From Callorhinchus milii (lineage: Eukaryota), in assembly GCF_018977255.1 (NCBI RefSeq), contig NW_024704742.1, positions 20,276,001 through 20,340,000 on the forward strand: 64,000 bases of DNA, read 5' to 3'. Under the pieces are notes generated by a model. That model worked only from the letters and a program-made list of their open reading frames with translations, searched no databases and was not told the DNA's origin. The translations under genes and the position numbers were made by a program. Of this stretch, positions 1 to 14,233 are shown piece by piece; within the stretch, counting starts at the first letter, position 1, and every line of letters starts with the position of its first letter.

Positions 1-260
1 CGGGACTCAGGTAATGGTTTAACTGCTTCAGAATATGGTTGCTCATCATTACCTGCACTCTTCCTAACACTAGGTAAATGGATACAGCCTTCAGGAATAT
101 CAGGCACTCGTGTGATTGATAGCATTTCATTAAAATAAGAACAGCATTTTGACACCCTGTTAAAACTAAAGAGGAATGTTGGACTCTTCATTTACTCTCC
201 CATAGAAAGCCAGGCTGTGAATGAATTCATCCTGTTAGGGGTTGTATACCCACACACCTA

Positions 261-542
<282 letters not shown>

Positions 543-2160
543 TCAGGGAAGTGTTGGGCAATTGAGGCCAGGATGTTGGACTTATTTAAAAAATGCAAGG
601 ACGTTTTTCGGGCAGATTGTTCAGTGACCATTAAAGTTGAGATCAAAAAGGACAAAGGGCCTTCTTCATCCAATCTTCTATGTGACAATATTTACTGATA
701 TATAAATATTCAGATTTGGGAAGGCAGGTCCTTTTGGACAAAAAATGTTCATTGATTGAATACCTTTTGATTTAATAATTTTTAAAAAACATTTCTTCTT
801 TAAAAGGTTCTGATATCACTGTTAGCTCATTTCCATGATAAATCAATTCATATCCAATTCGCTATTCAGTCGAGAGTGAACACAATTTGTACGTAGCTGA
901 TTGTGAAAGGTCATAGCATTTTATAATCTTTTCTGTTCTGGTCACTGATTATATTTAAGTAGATAAGTGCAATAAAGGTACAGAATCTTATCCCAGTAGA
1001 GCTGCAATGTCAATTAATGACCCCATCTCTTCCTGGATAGAGAATAAAATCATTAATCAAGCATTTTTATTTGAACAGTATCAGTGATTAAATATTCATC
1101 AAGGCTTAACCTTTGAAATGTATCTGCAAGTTTTATTATCACTATCATTGTTTCAAACGTGTTTGCTTACTTCCGCACTTAATTGCTAGTTATGAAAGAC
1201 ATAACAGCATTTGGAATAGACAGATATTGTTTAAGGTTATGTGACCGTCTCATGATAAAATGTAGCAAAATATTAAAACATAAGGTGTGAACACGTGGTA
1301 TAAGAAGAAACTATTTGTGCTTTCTATGAGTGGTTTTACATCATTTCTAACCTTTGTCAATAACAAAGAACATAATATTTTTTTATGATTCTAGTCTTAC
1401 ACTCAGCATTGTAGGATTTTACAGCACTGAAAGACGCCATTTGGCGTATCATACCTGCTCTCCAAAAGAATTATCTATATAACCTACTCTCGTGCCCTTT
1501 CACCTATACCCTTTTATATTTTTCTTAAGATTTTTATCCAAATCCCTTTTAAAAGCTATTATTGATTCTACTACAACCGTTGGCTTTGTTAGGAAATTCT
1601 ATATCTGATAACCTATTTGAAAAGAGAAGGGGGCTTCTCCTGGTGTCTGGCCAACAATCCCCCAAATAAAATTGGTCATTCGTTTCATAATTGTTTGTGG
1701 GATATTGTTGTTCATAAATTGGCTGCTGCTTTGGCCCACAAAACATCCAGTGAATTTTACAGTATATCCTGTGACTTGCTTCAAGAAGCCCTCCTGACAT
1801 GAAAGGCACTATATAAAATGTAAGGATTATTTGGGGATTATTATTTCATTTGAAAAACATATCCATGGCCAAAAGATTGTAAACAAGATAGGGGGTTGGG
1901 AAATATATGAAGAGGCCATGAAACATATATGAAGCATCAAAGTAAAACAGAAGACATTGCAAATGGATCTATCTTGGCTTCACTGTAAAGCAATTTCAAT
2001 TCAGTTTGTCATCATTTCAGTGTGAATGAGAAAGCTGCGAGTTCAAACCTCACCCAAGAGACTTGCAAATTTCCCTGGCACTGATGATAAAGAGCCAAGC
2101 CTTACAACAGATCACTGATTGTAATTTCTCCAGGAAAACCTTTGCCAGATTGGTTTTACA

Positions 2161-2372
2161 ATAATAATAATAATCCTTGCATTTGATATAGCACTTTTCA
2201 CGTCTTCTCGATGTCTCAAAGCGCTTCACAGAATAGACTGTAAAGTGAATTGACCATATATTTGTGGGTGAAATGCGGCAGTCAATTTCGCACAGCAGTG
2301 TCCCACAAACAGTCGTAGATTGAGATGACCAATTTATTATTTTTTTAATTTTTTTTGGAGGAATTATTATCT
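2161..2372 (-). mobile_element. SINE 3' fragment (young tRNA-SINE family)
   Basis: (AAT)n CCTTGCATTTGATATAGC tail and body matching the copy at 17155. Confidence 0.85.
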
Positions 2373-2842
2373 TTGGTCTCCCAAAGAAGGGGAAGAGAGC
2401 AGGAACACACATTAGTAACTGTTCTCTCTTTAGTAAATTCACCAATCCAAAGCAACAACAATAACAACATGTACTTATATAGCGCCCCCATACAGGGTAG
2501 TGTCTCAGAATGCTTAAAGCATTCACTACCATTTAACAGAAAGGTAAGAACAATTCCCTCATTGAGCTACCTTGCTTAAATTAAGTCTATTGGGGAAGAT
2601 TGGTCTTGGATCTCAGGTGACTAGCAGACAGCCTTTCTCAAACAATCTGTTATGTATTTGCAATAGATATTGACAGTCATCCAGGCTTAATTTCAATGAG
2701 ATATTTCTCTAGATTAATAATAATCAATGAAATACTGAATTTTTCTCAATGAATCTTGTTATTTCTATTAATACAATCTACATTCTCGCCTTTTCGATTT
2801 TTGATTCATTATAATTACATTCCTGTTGGAAAAGGTGTTTTA

Positions 2843-3398
<556 letters not shown>

Positions 3399-5044
3399 TC
3401 TGCTACCAAAACATAAGGTCTGGAATTCATCACATTCTGACAATTTAAGGCAATGGTCTTAAAATTAAGACCATGAGAAATGTTAGCCTTAGTGACTGAA
3501 AGGAAACTCCTTACAATAAGTAATAACTTCCATCCGAACATAGAAGAATTCATTGATTTATTAACATATAAGTATCCAATACTGAAAATGGGTACAGGAA
3601 TCTTTAGCCATATATTAACACAACACTAAGTTGGGTGTGATTTCTCAGTGTCACGTGTAACTATGACTAATGATAATTTTCCTTAAGGTAACGTTCCAAT
3701 GACCAGCCAAGACTATCAAGCTGCTTAAACTACACTATAATCAGACCTGCACTAAACAGTGGAGTGTTATATAGTGAGGTTGGTTGGTGTTTGTCACTTC
3801 TAAGACACCAACAATTTTTAACGCCATGTCAAGCGGACATCTCAAAGCGCTTCAAAAAACTAATGGGAGCCAGAGCTGGGTTGAAAGCTGCCAAAAGGAA
3901 AAAAAAAAGCCAGAGGGGAAAAAAAAGTGAGAGAGAGTAAAGAGATGATGTTTTGCTCTCTGGCTTTCAGAAATCACCATCAGTGCTTTTGGAAATTTTA
4001 TAAATCATCCAAAGTTATTATTATCATAACATTATTATTATTAAAATCACAATTTAACGCTTGCTATTTCTTTCGCAAAATCACAAATTTACACAAGTGC
4101 AGCATTTGGTGCAATTCTGGATTTGTTTCAAATTAAATCAAATAATAGTTGTAAAAATGTCAGCCCCAAAACAGGCCACAGTGAATACAACTTCAAATAA
4201 GTACAAATTTTAAGTGCGGTAACATCATGTTCAGCAAACTGAGCTAGTTGGATCTGTTAAATCAATACAAAATACACAAGTAGAGGGAGGATTCAATTCT
4301 GGAACAAATGGTCATTTTTTAAACCCATCATCCTTGCAAGAAACATTGAAAAATATTGAAATCTACTGTTATGGCAAATCAACATCTCAACCCTGAGAAC
4401 TGAGGACAGAAAAGTTAGCATTCTATTATGGTGATTATTTGAATATGATTGCACTGTCATTTCCTTGATATAAATGGCGTAACACGCGAGTGATGTGTGT
4501 GTCTTTTTGATGCACCTTAAAGAGCAAAATATTCACTCTTGAAGAGATTTTAAGTAATTGACTGCATTAAACAATTTGTACAATAAAACAGGCCGCTGTT
4601 CTGGAAGAACGTTTGCTGTTAATGGTTCCTTCTCCTTCAGAGTCTCCCTCTGCAGTGTCCACCCCAGGAAGGTTCGAAGGGAATATCTGTTTTATGGGCA
4701 TATTAATCCTTCTGCTTTCACATGACAAGACTTTCTTGGTTTCATAGACATCTTGTTTAGCTCACTTCCACACTTCAGCAATTTCATATTCCATAAAGGC
4801 TTTCATTTTAAATACAAATCATAATACCGATTGTGTCCTGGGCACATCATTACTAAAGTACATTCATAAAGCTTACTATTAGACCTTCAACTTAAAATAT
4901 GCTCTCTAAACATCGCATTATCAATACATAGCCATTTTTTGTCTATGAGTATTCTTAATGATTTAAGAACATGTTCTCTCTCCCCCACACACACACTCAA
5001 AGAAGAAACACTGATGCCATTGTTAATAGCAATCTCAAATTTGG

Positions 5045-5315
5045 CAGAGGACATAGATATAAGATAATCACAACCAGAGTGAAAAAAGAACTTAGTAGAA
5101 TTGTTTTCACTCAGAGAGTTATTGGGATGTGGAATGCCCTGCCAAGTAAGGTTATAGAAACAAAATCCATTGTGGGCTTCAAGAGGGAAATAGACAGGTA
5201 TACAAAAGTTAAAGGCTTGAAGGGGTATGCGGATAGGGCAGGATAGTGGAACTATAGTGCTCTAAAAACCGGTGCAGACTTGATGGCCTCCTTCTGCGCT
5301 GTAAATTTCTCTGTA
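5045..5315 (+). mobile_element. CR1-type LINE 3' fragment
   Basis: ORF 4971..5246 ends ..RGHRYKI..FTQRVIGMWNALPSKVIE..FKREID.., the typical CR1 ORF2 C-terminus, followed by a 3' UTR gatggcctccttctgcgctgta. Confidence 0.85.
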
Positions 5316-6837
5316 AATAAAGAAATACAAAATGTTGGGAGACTATGATAATTGATAATCTGTTGCTCCTCCTTAACATTCCCACCTTCTTTGAGAACAT
5401 GTGAAAAAAAATCCTGCCAGCAAAAAGCACTGTCAGTTTAGCTTGTAAAAAACCATTAAGGAGGAAGTCGACCAGTACTGAACAGCTGAGTAGGCACATC
5501 AACAAGGGATAAGATCAGAGTTGGCATTACTGAGTTTAATGATGGGGAAAAAAAATCAAAGTATTTAAAGCAGTGGTGGAAGTAGATTGCTGAGAAGCAT
5601 GGTGGTAGCAGCTTTGTTAGCTCCTTGTAGATTTGAAAATGAGATAGAGGCAACATATCAGATTCCTGTTTGAGAAATAATATCACAGAAAATGTATTCT
5701 AGTCATATTTGGACCCCTAAATTGAAACTTATCAAATTACAAGAGGCACAGCCAGGTGGGCAGTAAATGCATCACAAAATATAGATGTTTTTCTTTTTTC
5801 TTTTCACTTTTGGCCTGATTTTCGTTGTTAGCAATGTTTGAGGCTGCGAATGGCCATTAGAATGGCTTTGCTACAACATAAAACAGCTGTACAAAATGGT
5901 CCTATCAGATTTCTTCCGTTTCTGTGATCCAATGAATGGAACTTAAAGCTGCCCTCGTCAGAAAATCTGGCAACAGTTGATCTGAGATGCCTGAGTCCCA
6001 TCTGCCAGCTGACCACTAAAGTAACTATCATTGCGTTGCATAGTACACTGCTAAAGATAGCAAGAGATCTCTATCCCATGACAATGTTTGGAAAGACAAT
6101 GGTGTTTCTCCAGTTGTCCTGGTCAATTTGTCATTCACTTCATGGCTGTTTGTGGGACATTGGAAATTGTGGAGTATGGGAATGTGGGAAGCTTCCCCAA
6201 GATACTACAGTACTACCAGATGAAGTTTCATTCCAAGTACCACAAGCTGAAATAAATTGTGCAATGACCTTCCTTACACTTTAAGAAATACAGCTAACTT
6301 TAGTGGAGGTGCTGGTCTCTGGATCATGAGATCAGTTACGCCGTTTGCTCACACTGAGCTTTTGGCCTATTTTGTTCCATATCTTTGTTTTGTGCAAATT
6401 GTTTGTCTCACAAAGCTAATTGGTTAAAAGCAAGTTTCATCAGCAGATACATAGGCATTTTAGGATACTTTCTAACTTTTGACGCTCATTAACAAGGCAA
6501 AGTCAATTTTGCACTGAGGTATAGGAGGCTTTGTGATGCATAAAGTATTCATTGTGAGAAAATGTCCTCATTTACAGTCTATTGACAAGCAGCATAGAGA
6601 ATTTAGCTGAGTGGATGTAATCTAAGCTAGGAATGATATAATGAACATACCACCCACGATCAAGACATTGTTCAGCAGGTTTTATCCTTTCACTGTGAGA
6701 TTTCAGTGCTCAATTTCCATGATAATTTAAAATGGAGCTGAATCTTGTTACTTTTGAGAGCTTGCTATCTGCAGGAGTTTAATAGTGTTCACTGTCTGTT
6801 ATTCAGTAATAATCAGTGCAACATTGTAAATGACTAA

Positions 6838-7069
6838 AACACAAAATACTGCAGATGCTGGAAATCTGAAACAAAAACAGAGAAAGTTGGGAAAGCTCAG
6901 CAGGTTAGGCAGCATCTATGGAGAAAGGGAAGTGAGTCCACATCTCCGAAAAATGTTTTTTCCCACATATTAAAATGACATTTTCTTGCAAATCAGTTGT
7001 TGCAACCCGAAACGTTGACTCACTTTGTGATGCTGTCTGACCTGCTAAGTTTTACCAGCTCTCTCTGTT
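6838..7069. mobile_element. Palindromic Penelope-like terminal-repeat element with 15-bp TSD
   Basis: ATTGTAAATGACTAA at 6823-6837 and 7070-7084. Arms cagcaggttaggcagcatc and gatgctgtctgacctgct are inverted, and the arm matches the terminus of the PLE at 41640. Confidence 0.7.
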
Positions 7070-7684
7070 ATTGTAAATGACTAAGTGACCACACATTCAG
7101 CTGCCCATAAATAAAAAGGAGGGTTCTGAACCTGTCTGAGCTTCAGCTGTTCGTTATACTTGGTAACGGTGTATTTTGTATCATTAAAATCTACAAAAGC
7201 ACTTGCCAGGCCTTCTCCGAAAAATGTTTTTTGCCACATAATATAATGACATTTTCTTGCAAATCAGTTGTTGTAATTTTGCCGTTGACTCTGATAATTC
7301 ATTTTAATTCATATGGAAAATGAATTATCAGATTCATGGACTTATAGCTGTTGCACAGCTGAAAAGGACTGTTAAGGTAATTGACCAGCAGGAATGGATT
7401 CTTTCAATGAATAGTCAATAATTACTTCCAAACTTTTTCTACATTCTTGTCCGAAATGTTTTGGGTAGTCTCAACCTCCGTCCTAGTGGGCATTGTTCCT
7501 CAGCGCAAAACTACCCTCAATTTAGAAATATTATTGACGATTATCTAGATGGCAGCCAGCTCAGGTGTCAATCCATTATTGTTAACTGCCTTGGGGGAAT
7601 CCTCTCGACTTGAAAGACGTTATACAGTATAAATGTAAGTTTGCATTGTATTCTACAGCCTGCATAAGAAATGGAGCAATCTCA

Positions 7685-8560
7685 CACTGGTCCTGTCAGA
7701 CATCAAGTCCTGGATGAGAGCGAACTTCCTCGAGTTGTATGTCAACAAAACTGAGGCCTTCCTGCTTAGCTCCCGTCAGCGCCTCCATGCCTCGGGCACT
7801 GACAGCACCAGCCTCCATGGATGCACTGTACACCTCATGTAGCCAATACGGAATCTCGCTGTTCTGTTCGACCCTCAACTGTCCTTCACCTCCCACATCC
7901 GTGCCATGACCTGCTTGGCTCCGCCACTGTCTCTCACCGCAGGCTGCCGCGACCCTCATACAATCATTCATCACATCCAGGCTCAACTATGCAAACTCCC
8001 TGCTTGTCAACCTCCCCAACTCCTCCCTCCACAGGCTGCAGATCATCCAGAACTCTGCAACACCTGTCCTCAACCGCACCAGGCTCCGTGACTCTATCAC
8101 CCCCATCCTCGCCAGGATCCACTGGCTCCCCATCTCTCAGAGGATATGGTTCAAGATCCTGGTCCTCACTTTCAAAGCCCTCCATGGACTTGCTCCTCCC
8201 TATGTCTGTGACCTCCTAACCCCCTACCAACATGTCCACACCTTCCAATCAGCAGGTTCCAGGCTGCTTTACATCCCCCACCATTCCCGCTGGGCCAGTA
8301 GCGGGCAGGCCTTCAGGCTCTCTGCCCCCACTCTCTGGAACTCCATCCCACAGTCCCTCTGCCTCGCCCTCTCCTTTGCCTCCTTCAAGACCCACCTTAA
8401 GACCCTCCTCTTCGACCATGCCTTCGGTCACCCTCCTACCTCTACCTTCCCTGCCCTCCACCTCTCCTCATCCCAACTACCAGCTCGGGTGTGCATCTCT
8501 GATTGTTCAGCGCCTTGAAATGTCCTTCTGACATGAAATGCACTATAGAAATTTGTTGTT
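7685..8560 (+). mobile_element. L2-type LINE, 5'-truncated
   Basis: Degraded RT C-terminus (DIKSWMRANFL..NKTE; LHWLP..FKIL), C-rich 3' UTR, tail gcgccttgaaatgtccttctgacatgaaatgcactatag..(ttg)n. Confidence 0.85.
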
Positions 8561-9466
8561 AGTCCAATAAGAGTTATTCATCTCACTTTGAGACTGGGGC
8601 ACATTGTTGAGGCATGATACTAGGAGCTTTATTCGTGATCAAAGTTCTGCCCTCCGCAACAGCTGAATAGCACTCTGCGAGTCCAGATGAAAGCCCACTA
8701 ATTCAAAATAGCAACTTAAGTGAGGATCTGGAAGGCTAGTGATGTGTATGGAAGTGACGCCTTGCAATGATTCTGCCTTTGAGAGAGGAAGAATAAAAGA
8801 ATGCAAATAGGAGTGGGCAAAAAAGTGACATTTTATTTCTGTAATTCTTTTAAAATATTGAATCTTGATGAGATCACTGAGGAGCTAGCTTGTATGAGTT
8901 ACTGATCCCAACAATGCTAGGAAGCTGAGTTAACATGCCCAGGTAAATGGTAACTGTAAATGGTAAGCTGGTAACTCATCCCTTGAGTTAAGAACGTTAC
9001 TCTTATTCTTAGAGTCTCCCGAAAATCAATTCTTCCAACATCACATCAGTGCTCACAGTTTAAGCAAAACTGTTCGCAAAAGAATCACCGTTAAGAAAGT
9101 CAAAGTAAATATAAGCAAAAAAAATTTAATTATAAATGTTTGTCAAAGTATGCCTAATTTTTTAAACCTAATATACTTGTGAACAAAATATTTGTTAAAA
9201 CGTTTGCTAATTAGCTATGTAATTATGAAATACAAGCCTTACAATTTTACAACAGGTTTATGGCAATATTTTATATTATTGAATGGATTCCATTGTAAGC
9301 TGGAAAGAGATTCACACTTGATATTCTGAGATGTTAGTTTATATTTAGTTTATACGCAAACCACTATAATGCTAGACGACGTACATATCTAAGGTAGAAG
9401 GATTTTGAAGTGCTTCAACTGTTTTGGCATATAACTGCTGTATCGAATATGTTTTTTTATTATTTA

Positions 9467-9751
<285 letters not shown>

Positions 9752-9915
9752 CTATGTGTGACTACATAAAAATCTCAAGACCATCCTAATAAATACTAAT
9801 AATGTATTTTCGAAGTGCTCGAAATGTAAAGAAACAGTAGTTGACAAAAGTATTTTCCATTCACAGAAGAGAATGGATTTCAGCACTGCAAAATTATATT
9901 ATCCTTAATAGATGC

Positions 9916-10095
9916 TTTCATAGATTCATAGGTTCATAGAATGTTACGGCACAGAAGGAGGCCATTCGGCCCATCGAGTCTGTGCCGGCTCTTTGACAGA
10001 GCAAGTCACTTTCACTAACCCCAATCACCAGCTTTCTCCCCATAACCCTGCAAACCCGTCTTCCCCAGATACCTATCCAATTCTCTCTTAAAAGC
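9916..10095 (-). mobile_element. CR1 3' end fragment
   Basis: catagattcataggttcatagaa microsatellite tail plus gaaggaggccattcggcccatcgagtctgtgccggctc, the reverse complement of a shark-type CR1 3' UTR. Confidence 0.75.
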
Positions 10096-13000
10096 TGTGC
10101 CTGACAAAGTCATTGATATTCACAGGAGACAAAAATCTAAATGAAATTATCAACTACCTACAGACTAATCAGGTCCGGGCCATAATTCTTTCAAGTTTAA
10201 TTCTGTTAAGTAATGGGTTATATTCTTTCAAATGTAAAAGTAGCTAAAACACCAAGGTCTTTTAGCAATGGCTGGGTATTCTCTAAAAAATGATAGTTAT
10301 CATCATTAATCATTGTTTTCTGAGTCTTTTACTTTGAAACTGGACGCATTAAACTGAAACAACTCTCTTAACCTTCTTGCTTTCTTTAGTTACATGTTCA
10401 TTTGGATGGACAAAACATAAGATAAATCTGCAGACTTTGCTTTGTAAATTTAGATCACTTTAATTTATTGCATATTTTGGTTAAGAGTTCTAAAGGAGGT
10501 TGTTATTTTTAAATATGTTCACTGGCGAAAATGAACTTTAGCTTAACTTTCTCCACAACAGTAAATTCAGACCTATTTTATAAGATTAGGATAAAATGTA
10601 ATATGCTGGGGTAAGGTTTGTGACTGCATATGAGAGACCTTCCTCTTCAACCAAGCTTACGGTTACCTCCTCCTTCCCCCCAGCTCGGGGTCAAGCTCTG
10701 TAAAGGGCTCTGAGACTCTACCCTCCATCATGGGCAATATATAAATGCAAGTTATTGTTATCACAGTGGAAAGACCAGAAGCAAAATATGAAGCCATTTT
10801 GAATAATGATGTCTGAGAGACCAGGTCCACAGCAATGGTCCTCTCGCTCAGAGATTCTGGCTTTTAACTGCTGGTTATAGGGATACCAGCTTCGCACTCA
10901 ACTAAAACCTCAACAGGCCAGTGCTTTGCTAACCAGTCAATCCATGAGTCCAAAGTCCAAAAGTGTGGATTTGGCTTTTCTGACTTCAGCATTGAGAAAT
11001 GGGTGAGGGATCAGGTTCTGACACTAATCAATGTGCTAAACATCACATGGATTATATTATTTCTTATAACCAAGGCAATCACATGGCACAATAATTGATG
11101 TTTTTAGTATTTCACTTCTGTTATAATAGGGAAAATGCCGTTCCTTTTATTCCCCCTCTAATTTATTCCTCTTCACTTCCAAAAGTGATGCCTCAGCCTG
11201 GGTTATGTTCATCATGCAGGAACTCAGTCACATGGGATTTCTATGCATATGAGTAATATTAATCCTTGCTTTGATATTGTGCTTTTCATGTCAGGAGGAT
11301 GGCTCAAACTGCTACACAGGATTTATTGTAAGGTGTGGTGACTGTGAAACTCTTTGAGACATTTCGCCGATTTAATAAGTTACTTAAACGCAACAAGTAT
11401 TTTTATATTATCAAACCAATTTCATATTCTGGGGCTTTGAAAGGTACCAATAATCATTTGGAAATGTTTCTTCTTTTTAAATAGTGGAAAACATATATGT
11501 ACAATGTCCACATACACAATACAATTTAACTTACATTGTGCCTTTCACATTGGGAGAACTTCCCAAAATACTCGATAATTCTGGATGTGCACTGTAGCTG
11601 AGGTTGAACTGTGTGTGCTGGTACTCACGACAATTTTTTTTACTAACCACTCATGAAATGGATTCTCATTAAGATCTTTAGCCTAAAGGACTCTCTATAT
11701 AACCAATATCCCCCCAACTATCTGCAGAATTACAACTGCAGTTGGAATACACATAATCATAAGTGACAAGGCATGAATTAGAGAAAACCAATGTACAATG
11801 ATCACCGACTGCACCTTGATGCAATTTAACACCATAACTAAATTGAATTTATATTTAAATCAAAGTAATAGCGTCTTCCAAAAGGGTTTAATTCCATCAA
11901 TGGCTGCAGGTGTTATCCCAAGTTTCATAGTCAATGAGTTATATACGAGGGAGAAATTACACAGCTGCTGTCTTAATAATCGTATGTGGGAGATTCTATC
12001 AAGTCATTTCTTATTCTCGAGTTTTGAAAGATAGCCTCAATCACTTATAATGTTTTTCTTCCTTTTTAAATAGTAGGAAGTAGGAGGCTCTAAATCATGA
12101 ACTCTGCTATGAATCATAGCTGACTAAGAACAACAATGAAGTCAGAAAATATGAGAAAGCTGTTACCATATTATTATATGAAAAACAAATCAATCTTAGG
12201 AAAGGTATCTAAAAAAACACTAATGAAAATCACAAAGAAGATGCAGGAATGTACAAGCAGTATCAGAGTCATCCAATTCATGAATGTTTGTGGTATTTTG
12301 CTGTGTGCAAATTGGCTGCTGTGTTTATCCACAAAACACAGTCACATAATAGCATAACCTATGCAACACTTTGCGAGATCCTCATGACATGAAAGCTGCG
12401 CTAAATCAAATATAAGGATTGTAAGGATTCTGAACATTTCTGAGAGCACAGTGACTGAAGATATACAACCCATCTGCCACACTTTTGAAATTGGGAAATT
12501 GTAGCAGCTTTGTGAATACAACAACAACAATTTGCATTTATATAGCGCCTTTCAGATCGGGTAGCATCCCGGTGCGCTTAACTATGCGCTTAGATGCAAA
12601 CAGGAGGCTCTGTTCATTGGCCTATAGCTGTCAGTGAAGTTTTAAATATTAGGGAAGCAGACTTGGATGCTCTTAAATTTCAATTAAAAAAAATAGCTCC
12701 ATACATTTTATCAGTTTGAAATCAACCCTTCCCAGATACTCTGCCGTATAAGTGAACACAAAGCACCATGATCCTTCAATGCTTCCTATAATGGAAGAAT
12801 ATTTATATTAAAAAAGCACATCTAGAATAATAATAATAAATAATATGTGATCATGAGAAAAAAAACTCAAAGATAAACTTCGGAGCCAAAGGTGCCCTTG
12901 ATGAAACAATTCTGAAATCGTAACTATTAAAGCGAGAGTTGGTTGCTCCTATGCAGGATATGGAAGACCATAGATCTTTTGACATGTTGTCATGAGACTG

Positions 13001-13382
13001 ATTTTAATGGGGATTCTTGTTTAGTAAAAATGAAACGCTGATCTATGATGTTTATTTCTGAAATGTAAATTGTTCAGCGGAATATATTTTTGGAAGAATT
13101 GTGGATGTACTTATCCAAGAATTGTGGAAATACTTACTATTACGTCCTGTCTTCACCCTGGCAACAAAATTGTTCGATTGCAGAAAAAACTACACAGCAT
13201 CTGTCTTGTGACAAGATTTATTTTCTGAAGGCATAAGTGTTACAGTGTAATCTACAGCCAGGGTGCAGGAATCACAATAGGAATGGTTGGCATGAACTTT
13301 CTTGACAAGTACCTTTCAAAGTGTCGTAAATACTACCAAGCTTCATACTGTAACCTATATCCTCTGAACTGTCACTCCAATG

Positions 13383-13640
13383 CAGTGCTGCTTTATTGGA
13401 AGTACCATCCATCAGATGAGATATTAAACCAAGGTCCCGTTTACCTGTCCAAGTTGACTTTAGATATCCCATGGCACAATTCGAAAAGAGAAGGGAGTAT
13501 ATCTTGGCCAACAATCACCCAAATAAAATTGGTCATTCACTCCATGGCTGACAGTGTATTCTGTGAAGCACTCTGAGATGTCTCGATGATGATGATAAGG
13601 CACTATAAGGCGAGGATTATTATTGCTATAATTATTATTT
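13383..13640 (+). mobile_element. Old Deu-domain (SacSINE1-like) SINE ending 14 bp from the exon 13654 donor
   Basis: cagatgagatattaaaccaaggtcccg..atcccatggcacaattcgaaaagagaaggga..tggccaacaatc Deu-like block and L2-type tail. Confidence 0.7.
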
Positions 13641-13653
13641 GAAAATGACTTGC

Positions 13654-13772
13654 CTGGTATCCTAGAATTTTCTCTGAAGGTTTAATATGCCTCTGAATCT
13701 CACACTCTATCGGTTGTATCACTTTGATTCCATCCTCATAGAAGATGTAGAACATGTTTCCCACACCCAGTC
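13654..13772 (-). CDS. FSTL5: FSTL5 exon, 119 nt: (G)LGVGNMFYIFYEDGIKVIQPIECEIQRHIKPSEKILGYQ, GC donor
   Basis: Acceptor tgctgccag|GA, donor CAG|gcaagt; phase 1 to 0; within ORF 13603..13917. Confidence 0.92.
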
Positions 13773-14206
13773 CTGGCAGCAAACAAAACAAAGGAAACAC
13801 GTTTGAAAGTTTGCTTGATAAGGAGGGTCCAGGATATAAAGCAGTTACCTCAGAATATAAACAAGATTGGAAATTTAACATGCAAACAAAAAGTGTACTT
13901 TCTTTTACATAATACAATGGTTAAAAACTGACTAATGGTTAAAACGAAATAGAAGTAACTACTGAAAACAATTAAAAATTCTTGCAAGGAATTTACAAAT
14001 TGATGGGTTACAAAGACAAGCAGTTATGTACTTGCTGTTAAAAAGTATCAAATAAATTACTGTCCACTAACAATATTGTTTTGAAAGTTTGGATGCAGAA
14101 AACATACACAACAATTTTAATGATAAATCAATACTTTAACAAGTATCCCAGTACTGGACAGAAGACAAGTACATAATCACTACAACACAAGAACTTGCTT
14201 CAGTAC

Positions 14207-14233
14207 CTTCCTCTCGCCACAGTATGTTTGCAA
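14207..14233 (-). CDS. FSTL5: FSTL5 27-nt microexon: (L)ANILWREE
   Basis: Acceptor gttttcttgatgctgcag|TT, donor G|gtactg; phase 1 to 1; supplies LANILWREE between ARKT and GLGVG. Confidence 0.92.
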
